Positions 16,601 to 20,000 of a stretch of DNA of 20,000 nucleotides are shown piece by piece (position 1 is the stretch's first letter; each line of letters begins with the position of its first letter). The stretch comes from an uncultured virus (IMG/VR IMGVR_UViG_3300005512_000013). Taxonomy: Duplodnaviria > Heunggongvirae > Uroviricota > Caudoviricetes. The position numbers were made by a program, and so were the translations under genes. The stretch lies in the IMG/VR virus record IMGVR_UViG_3300005512_000013; one strand, written 5' to 3'. Under the pieces are notes generated by a model that did not search any database, was not told the origin of the DNA, and saw nothing but the letters and a program-made list of their open reading frames with translations.

Positions 16601-18640
16601 CTTCTTAGCTTCGGCCTTAGATGCCGCCCGGTCTGCAGCCGCTTGGCGCGCCTCAGCCCGAGCATCGTCAACAGCCTTGTTGGCTGCAATCAGATCGTCA
16701 ATCACAGGGTCAGCGGCTTCGGCCGTTTCCTGTGAAGCCTTACCGAGACCTTCCGCCGACTTATCCTCAACCTTGTGCTCTTGAACAATAGCACCGGTCT
16801 GGATATCATCGCGGGCAACCTCGTCTTCAGCCTTAGCTCGATCCGTCTCAGTCTTGCCCTTAGCAATCTGCCTCTCCAGCTCCTGACGACGCAGGTGCCG
16901 AGCCGCGACTGCATCGGGCTTTACAAATTCATCTTTAATAATATCATGCGCAGCTTCTCGAATGATAGCTGCCTTTTCTTCTGGCGTGCCTTCAAGGTCG
17001 TCCAGATCCACCTCATCACGCATACGGGCTGCCACCTTATGAGGGGCAACTCCCGCGCGCCCAGCATCTCTCTCGATGCCGGCAGACGTAGAGGTCACAA
17101 TAGCTTCGTCTTCGATCCCGCTCTTGGCGAGGATCTTCCGGGTAATCCCAGCAGTCACAGCAGATGATGCTGCTTCCTTGTTAGACTTGCCTCGGACACC
17201 TTCAAGGTTGCCGGCCAAGCCCTTAAGGCTTTTGTCGGCCATTGCCGTCAGGCCCTTGAAGCCTACACGAAGAGCGGAGCCCAGGGTAACCGCACCCGCC
17301 ACGCCCATGAGGCCGCGAAGAGCGACCTGATCGAAGCTGCGGATTGAGGCCATCTGGCCCTTGCCGTAGACCACGCTGTTGAGATCATCGATGTTCTGGG
17401 TATTCATAAGGAAGGCACCCACGCCACCGGCAACGCCGTCAGCAGAAGCACCAGCCAAGAAGGTCACCCAGTTATCGTACTCGTCCATATTGTTCCAGGC
17501 GTATCGGAGCCGAGACGCAGTGGTCTTCAGTTCCTTGCCCTTACGAGCGGCCTTGAAGGCCTTGACTCCGGGGACAACAAAGTCACCCAGGACGCGGGTC
17601 GGCAGAAGGCGGCCGGCGGTAGCCAGTCCCTTAGCTGCCTTGTGAGTTGCGAGAGCGCGGTTCGTGAGAGAGCCCGCCTTAGCGGCGCCGCTCACGTACA
17701 CACTCGCGCCACCGGAGGGGATCGCCAGCAGAAGCGCCATGCCGACCTCACCGATGGTATCAGGATCATTAATAATAGTAGGAAGCATCTGCCCGAAGTT
17801 CTCAAGCATACCGCCCCAGTCATCCGCCGAGGCGTGCTGCTGGAACTTGGCTTCCTTATAGAGACGGTTCATCCCGTAGATGAGCGCGTCTTGGTTTGTG
17901 AATCGGGACATGGTATCCCGCTTCATCCCAGCGGCCTGAATAAGGTAGCGACCAGCCTCCGAGGAGTTCATCGCTTCCCAGGCATTATCCTGAGCTTCGG
18001 CAGTCCAGGTGGGATCAACCCGCTTGGTAACCATATCCGAAATATCATCATACGTAAAGAGCGACTGGAACGGGCTGCTGAGGGTGTCGCCCCAGCTGCC
18101 TTCCTTGCTCGTATCCACGCCCCGAGCCTCAGCAGCAGCGAGGAACTCGGGAGAGTTCGTTAGGCCGAGGATCTTAGCGACGTCGGAGTTCTGCCCCGCG
18201 TCGTGCATAAACTGGTTCCGGGCACGGAGATCCGTACCGAGGAAACCCCAGTGCTCGTCAGACGTCATAGAGCGCGCTTGCTCCCAGGCTCCTTCGTGGA
18301 TCGACTCGACCCAGAAGTCATTGTTGGAAGCGTGACGCTCCGCTTCGGTAGCAACGTCAAGGCGGATCTTTTCCCAGGCCTCGATGTCTTCGCTAGCCCC
18401 GGAGGACATAGCCTTACCGAAGGCCTCCATCCGCTCATTGAATTGACGGAGGGCGCCAGTGCCGGTAGTAAGTCCGATTTGAGTCATCTCATCGGTATAG
18501 CGGGCACCAGTAATAATACTATTATGCTGACTAGCTGCATGGGCCTTGAGCTGAGCGTCAAGGTCCAGCTTTGCCTTCTCCTCGTCTACCGGCGCAATGC
18601 CGTTAGTGACGGGGTTCGGGACAGGGTTAAATTGAGACAT
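4634..18640 (-). CDS. Giant (4668 aa) virion/ejection protein with a single-subunit (T7/N4-type) RNA polymerase domain and a zincin-like motif
   Basis: 14-kb ORF with AAAGGAAAG RBS; motif B-like RDKLMKRPVMTRSYGAG (aa ~1953-1969); motif A-like WDAASQA (D~1759); ADFYSTV (D~1855); HEIGH (aa ~3268-3272); no Cys seen. Confidence 0.8.
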   Translation of the reverse strand: MSQFNPVPNPVTNGIAPVDEEKAKLDLDAQLKAHAASQHNSIITGARYTDEMTQIGLTTGTGALRQFNERMEAFGKAMSSGASEDIEAWEKIRLDVATEAERHASNNDFWVESIHEGAWEQARSMTSDEHWGFLGTDLRARNQFMHDAGQNSDVAKILGLTNSPEFLAAAEARGVDTSKEGSWGDTLSSPFQSLFTYDDISDMVTKRVDPTWTAEAQDNAWEAMNSSEAGRYLIQAAGMKRDTMSRFTNQDALIYGMNRLYKEAKFQQHASADDWGGMLENFGQMLPTIINDPDTIGEVGMALLLAIPSGGASVYVSGAAKAGSLTNRALATHKAAKGLATAGRLLPTRVLGDFVVPGVKAFKAARKGKELKTTASRLRYAWNNMDEYDNWVTFLAGASADGVAGGVGAFLMNTQNIDDLNSVVYGKGQMASIRSFDQVALRGLMGVAGAVTLGSALRVGFKGLTAMADKSLKGLAGNLEGVRGKSNKEAASSAVTAGITRKILAKSGIEDEAIVTSTSAGIERDAGRAGVAPHKVAARMRDEVDLDDLEGTPEEKAAIIREAAHDIIKDEFVKPDAVAARHLRRQELERQIAKGKTETDRAKAEDEVARDDIQTGAIVQEHKVEDKSAEGLGKASQETAEAADPVIDDLIAANKAVDDARAEARQAAADRAASKAEAKKAEDQRLKEKKEAEEAAEKENAKREAEAQAAKQKQLEEQEKALAEAKAEKARIEAEEAEAEAEAKAKAETEAAEGEPEGPSRFEDTPDYKKGSDAREDAEADIDALRRERAGAEAEAKAAAQKKVDEAAQKVEEAKNAPVEFERVTVPEPPPVKKVAKKAQAEASQKVHTAEEAQAAVRKAIAQRLDVDEVEVDAIAAQVVSHRMLGAVESRAHDVVDGFEKEGFEEMPVEVLRHALVELDPEFARSFDNGDSDMIDLGGAHNAIRTARRHGQGNNFKGLTEDPNAVFLASRFTRGSYEAIAKQIEEHKAAGPAAAYRTAQELKLLVGGGSLRDYQFRDNKAFLEGTAYFDKAIENLKTLHETFDVANISTERSLGDMIKDVEGEVAKVHKNQKKLTLRQELHSKFGYPAENADAVKGLDIEELTALVGYHRFIQQVDDQLSAGKLNIDQMLILGVDREGQRLYFMNVLNEVNKHMEELRAGGHDRFIGEVEMLAIARPLFGPESDAGVNLRDAVFGPARGTSGVGTNKYDLAEVRRIAEERLARVDADFNTARSAAARAEMARLEGKVKNGEADLEDRIRLAQYNSKIKTVNEIDYLEQEMLAPYRAVSQEAAAAKRQELGEEGWAAYLRTEEDALYLGARNALFGNHGISVENRNAIFKRHGIPVPQRGSSPTEEWKSTVAPMIAKLAAKDLGFDSPMDLVNGSQSFVRGNQAGLALIGMYRDGASLTGDTAAEIKADTKVGTRGETYAHVRFSADRTQNPTGNLKVQKQVKFIEEFMLREGERQILFNPDGTPREFSHEELNDIIEFYTNLKNASAEEIQANVPKHPFEQKDRGLHLVSRDAKALGSPVRDWSGDIKQKMDDYYSRMLQEPVHLHQGIHDDLTLIMQEGVALNNMGAIGPMVMRNSQGAGSLDGLGAGWQTLATVPGGITDWLNIRSGMIFRQFDGMDAFARAIGLESLKDMRDAIVANDLRGKAAEGEEIEIPEHIANLKGEALKKAADAAGIKKSLKVGEKRKLLALAEKGGSKGEAELREAAEMLTLIELDTAVRKVDEEIRKAKFEGGTLSTKQFDEILNSWDAASQAVSLAKGLFNAAVFAARQQAAYGKSDANVKNIIDSDYDIARGIDEVKTAMGWDPKDGFLNGDIRMEMLKAEALAQNVSAKLDEEGLAVVAADFYSTVWDGMIDIPAEPRFAKSQGRLQGRIEGSEGTGFSETAFGSGRFGNEEVFADGADMWNHLFDSIGKFGSKQEIGEEAKADDPGTAAQGRMKKFLRDKLMKRPVMTRSYGAGGDAMSGAIADFLEEAFSIDTPAAAEFRGMVEEAFPDLAKKLEADAKSGNRQPNSILYQTASVLGWAFADKAGKKWKGEGGMMGKILKTPDAKTFRDSIRNLNSLHADAFNPDLDLQIEHRGRDAGSDSTVVQRGEVEMRNITYDDLYAQRSMEDTAWEREPAPEGDESPQDKAAREERNEKANRENYENFQRQVKEKAVAVAKRRGWSNDYGDEFLATVGRWHMKNLMLIKSGAATVDQIKVAEENIAVKMREVMAESDTPELALRDFLENWLTRRDELTIRAMNSVGYRMRNAEADSALKSVGLTADDLDPKMKLAHEAGLRLHSSIHSSAGRGWTGAGQGGKGWVNPNDSDRSIRPVYRAVSDEHAAPIWELDAEHARGWNEMSAEDRNLVAAQLVVQDMMIDFLGVQNPPIKDYVEPTVEGFYRDWAANESRATGIREKMEEIRQEWRADYRQQNGEMPEELSDILWDDIRSQVPSTRTQTLFGQGDEGIMTDAGIPQLQAFRLRRTSDIVMRDKIKAAMKGEVSGPAITLGEMAVPSPLKIANKLSTFMIENPQPVAPRGNDGMRIENDKEWLRNWTWREVNDYSNSIGIPITDMDSFGRVFRLMHVERAVKQGMTSGTSKLKSTENGEGFDLKTIEGQKGFMDTVQRDIQSYLEELMGETEIAAKKEAGTRDVQIIPDTGTAYPAGSFLQALRELYVNDPTGNWMHADALLGPAPREGIVLEGSNITSGALITGIMAKSVFSNDFGIGMGAAEESVRFGHWFIMTKFGVDAEEAAFKFNEYAARRLEDDADGSYYEARLKEWQEGFVDESFMPANITTLMGLGSVRETLMKDPEAMGLARKLFGISKPEELTQELLQDMITEGDLKVLQVEDGKRRPAAYIDSLGRDLTLSRVPMKTLLWRTMGQLRASGIDPKSQPMIRRLWFASMLEMKMEKLNLVDQMGAREYRSRAFSHLHPDREGKVSQDRIDAARKGIGEVTDGANRWMSFDDSISGSSGLDALAYIRGSQILGIYENSGVFDMSHLKSADEDGEVRWNADAAHAAWAYHLSGKDEMKMASIAKYSSRAKRNMAEGIKGSVPPVSFLRRSDFTEGMGKKFYDNFNIIESRLNSEVEGTFREDIAAIMGDELDYNTRGVNRAKLEAVMANMPERDLITDASAGRVLDDMETEQEGKLIAEGVPDNSGPIFSNGRTLANEFDKVIREKRYPALNTLIDEFKKAGVFKDEDAAREFGLMMAMNMDLLGDLLPGIKFQFTGEAGTAKMRSMIDSSQQMLHRVSILKDMRGMEAMEVFDIVVHEIGHAIVHRGMALGKGAKGGGPSSHALTSMRSQFHRRILQGTPEDLKTFNDAFVAIHGDKKGNELFKKFYDDLKSGDSHRQGVASQEFAAQMMSWYLLSRTIDTEVTKNFGEEFTALYRAGYGDRIRKIAKIYETPKIEAKGIRADRLKPATVLERLGRIANTAEPVLWSGRKAFNEMWFNHSSNINTEDALRKALTEAMDESRTASEEDLPMIRNKIESLKNRLAELGHATPSERSIAGVQRTLLGEGTRKKTRYAMRDSGLTIEERAKIARKIADGDPATHEEFGRVRLDGFTEDEKKLIVDHMIDGKIAGRRETVGDSKFRRAAMFVGEGIALQGTSSAWRSMTDEINWAAQMLNNTLGFEERSAAQAFSMGMSQQEIQTLQRALYGKPMSASIELFEMAQKIQDPEFVRMVDDAFEETFIGHPDNTEALDELGRVNPHAANLVETASREFAKLYDRAYKNAHQTGEMDKWVVDSLVGDGNRQLPIQLSQIIKEDSAMREMSIKVGDGIRQEQIRRLEYDPSVPEERQGFVNAQFMHDYGIFAPWKSAMSPTDRARHVDTLDSVYGSDLVDIIIDEGKLNIDESKYDIGFDGGDRSDEFWLASQVLQEKMEAGQWHAKDMPTQLRDVYKQAMQGRVDPAVFTDSKNVPFYMRHLDRDFPDPEDRAKFRAVLASGREVSSPADYEAMKMLYRSRHGGYSFANNRFMSGGDFRRILNDGVAGRGLNRTPINVLKTFMAFDHGVTDKFFNQEYYGITGFGYGDLLNALKARVHRARVSQDGTMVKLSDSQQRAAIKEIENLESQYRLAQGRNPSYKDESGNDFLEAVAPTIQTAVGLATTPNWTTASLIVEGTAGLVNRAAKMFTDGTKMTLPKYAGDMGAMRDSMHAIGITMPYHMTKLGFGHIWNMGDEASAAMALDPSLKESFHDKANKKIRRLGSFAFERVQLAQREAAMIPAQQLLRKMLVTDADGNSKAMKLADALNDWIASNPEGTIDAKLIRRLAKENGVKADVATQMHGLGLLSPEMARRVSELAEDYMPDNTFLKYEEMFDAVAWEPGLGRGKESLKSGKAATGLQQLLFNQVAKTNMEPRVGTTNLNTSPVVRMWQQLSQYSILFMREVMAGLAATGLGATAAMLMPLYFGEVMWYSLNRMKNGDSPEAIAEDWRTDAPGQMTTALARMPVFGAGSFLTDMIMNSLTSSVGKLSGGAVFGSKAQERSFGMNTPGMPGPSMMIQSITAFTDLVKQGGSALLEGNPAEAASQAKEFLYKYGPAEFRPLLVAGLRGATGDFKDASGTPQSHRPKNLQILGNFNAVPEYRGPAPKQTRLKGRARDYAKLKADYVAGFESPKTPQTTGDSSPGVSGAGTPQGGSSGLSGTIATPKGNAMGPGSAGGSLADKLGK

Positions 18641-18691
18641 TATACTTTCCTTTTTGTTCTACCCACAACGGGGTGAAGTAAATAGAAAACC

Positions 18692-18715
18692 ACGCCTCCT
18701 CGGTAGAGGAGACGC
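18692..18715 (-). terminator. Possible intrinsic terminator/attenuator between the two virion genes
   Basis: GCGTCTCCTC-TACC-GAGGAGGCGT 10-bp stem followed by GGTTTTCTATTT. Confidence 0.5.
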
Positions 18716-18725
18716 AGTTAGATTA

Positions 18726-20000
18726 TTAGTCAATAGCGCCAAGGAATCTGGCGGCGTCATGAATAATTGTGTTTTGGTTGTCTACCTTCACAGGCTTGCC
18801 GCTAAGCGTAGCGTGCCCGCCGATGAGTGTTCCCACGTTTCCGGTCCTCTTCTTCCCGCGCACGAAAGTACGAGGATCGCCCTTAGTCCTGTCTTCGACC
18901 ATAGTAGGCCCAAACAGGGGGATAGGAAGTCCAGAAATATTCTCTACAGTCCGGCCAATAAACTTCAGGTTATCTAGAGTATATCTAGTCTGAGTATCAT
19001 AGCCCAGCTGAGTCTCTCGGAGATTAGCCGGATCCACATCAGCTCGGAAGGTACTGTCAACATCAAGATCGTAGGGACTGAGATGCTGGATAACCGCGTC
19101 GTTATCAGGGAACAGCATAGTCATAAGCGCAAGCTTGGCGGCCCACTTAGGGGGATTGGTATCCCACATGGTGAACCCCTGTGCCTTAGCGATTTCCTGA
19201 GTCTTCTTCCAGAGATCGTGATCTGGAGGCAGAGTACCAGCGCGGATCTGCTCGGCAACATCCCGAACAGCCTGAGCATCCTCTTCGTCGATCGGCACAC
19301 CGGCCTTCTTAAAGGTCGTGATCGTTTCATCGATCTGGTTGCCAAACGCGAGGCGTTCATCCTTAGTAGCTTGTCCAGTAACAAAGCCACGGAAAGGGGC
19401 CGAGTGATCAGCAAGATGACGTCGGTTGTTAGAGTCGGCCAGCCACTGATGGGCAGCCTCTGTACTTTCGCCGGCGTCATGGATTGCCTGAACCTGCTGC
19501 TCGTAGAAGACGTCCCCCGTCGAGCCCTCTCGATGGTTGAACATCCAATCCCACGTGCCTCCTGCAATGGAGCCAATAGTGGTTCTACTATATTCTTCAT
19601 TAAAATCATCAAGACCCATCATGCCTTCCTGCATGGCGTCAGTAAAGTCGCCGGTAAAGGGGGCAGCGGGCTTCGTGTTTCTAAGGCCATCTCCTGAGTA
19701 CAGCGAGGGGAGAGAAATAATCTCCGTTCGGACTACATCCCCATCCTCATTACGGATAGGCTCAGCAGCGTACCCATCCAGGCCAAGCTGATTACTGATA
19801 TCCAGAGCCATCTGAGTTGTGACTTCAGGATCTCTTAGCATCCACTGTTGAGTGAGATCATTGTACTGAATAACTTTCGCTGCCTCTGCGGCAGAGGTAA
19901 TACGCTGAGCGCCAACCTTGTCCCCGACAGAGTCGATTCGCTGATTAGCAACGTCGACATCAATGCCGCTGTAGTCTCCTCCGAATATTGACCAATCAAG
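18726..20000 (-). CDS. C-terminal part of a large protein, probably an internal virion protein (gp15-like position)
   Basis: Frame stays open from 19841 to the window edge (LDWSIFGGDYSGIDVDVANQ...), so the listed Met is internal; no Cys in 424 visible aa; lies directly upstream of the giant gene. Confidence 0.6.
   Translation of the reverse strand, partial: LDWSIFGGDYSGIDVDVANQRIDSVGDKVGAQRITSAAEAAKVIQYNDLTQQWMLRDPEVTTQMALDISNQLGLDGYAAEPIRNEDGDVVRTEIISLPSLYSGDGLRNTKPAAPFTGDFTDAMQEGMMGLDDFNEEYSRTTIGSIAGGTWDWMFNHREGSTGDVFYEQQVQAIHDAGESTEAAHQWLADSNNRRHLADHSAPFRGFVTGQATKDERLAFGNQIDETITTFKKAGVPIDEEDAQAVRDVAEQIRAGTLPPDHDLWKKTQEIAKAQGFTMWDTNPPKWAAKLALMTMLFPDNDAVIQHLSPYDLDVDSTFRADVDPANLRETQLGYDTQTRYTLDNLKFIGRTVENISGLPIPLFGPTMVEDRTKGDPRTFVRGKKRTGNVGTLIGGHATLSGKPVKVDNQNTIIHDAARFLGAID

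Noticed and set aside
16060..16680. TolA annotation for the A/E/K-rich stretch
   Set aside because: Low-complexity similarity only; it is an internal linker of the giant ORF.
4828..19791. Many long + strand and off-frame ORFs (e.g. 5786-7189, 12065-13357, 13958-15091)
   Set aside because: Almost all lie within the two long - strand genes; they are typical antisense shadows of biased codon usage and have no recognisable motifs.

Overview
The window is part of a tailed dsDNA phage genome, probably a podovirus with T7-like, single-strand gene organisation; all credible genes are on the - strand. In transcription order (right to left) it holds: the 3' part of a probable internal virion protein (>20000-18726); a 4668-aa cysteine-free protein (18640-4634) with T7/N4-type single-subunit RNA polymerase motifs, an HEXXH zincin motif and gp16-like hydrophobic termini; an ~870-bp non-coding interval likely to be the late/early junction or genome terminus; and an early region of about 17 small ORFs. 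The interval contains two near-identical N4-type template hairpins (TGTTGGTGGC-NNN-5 bp stem-GAA loop) pointing into the early genes. The early ORFs are punctuated by a repeated cassette: stop codon, variable GC hairpin, GGGGGACAGTTCAYAWTCACTATCACG, RBS. The best model, inferred by eye without database searches, is an injected virion RNAP built into a gp16-like ejection protein that transcribes the early region from hairpin promoters. Gene layout and motif B differ from classical N4.
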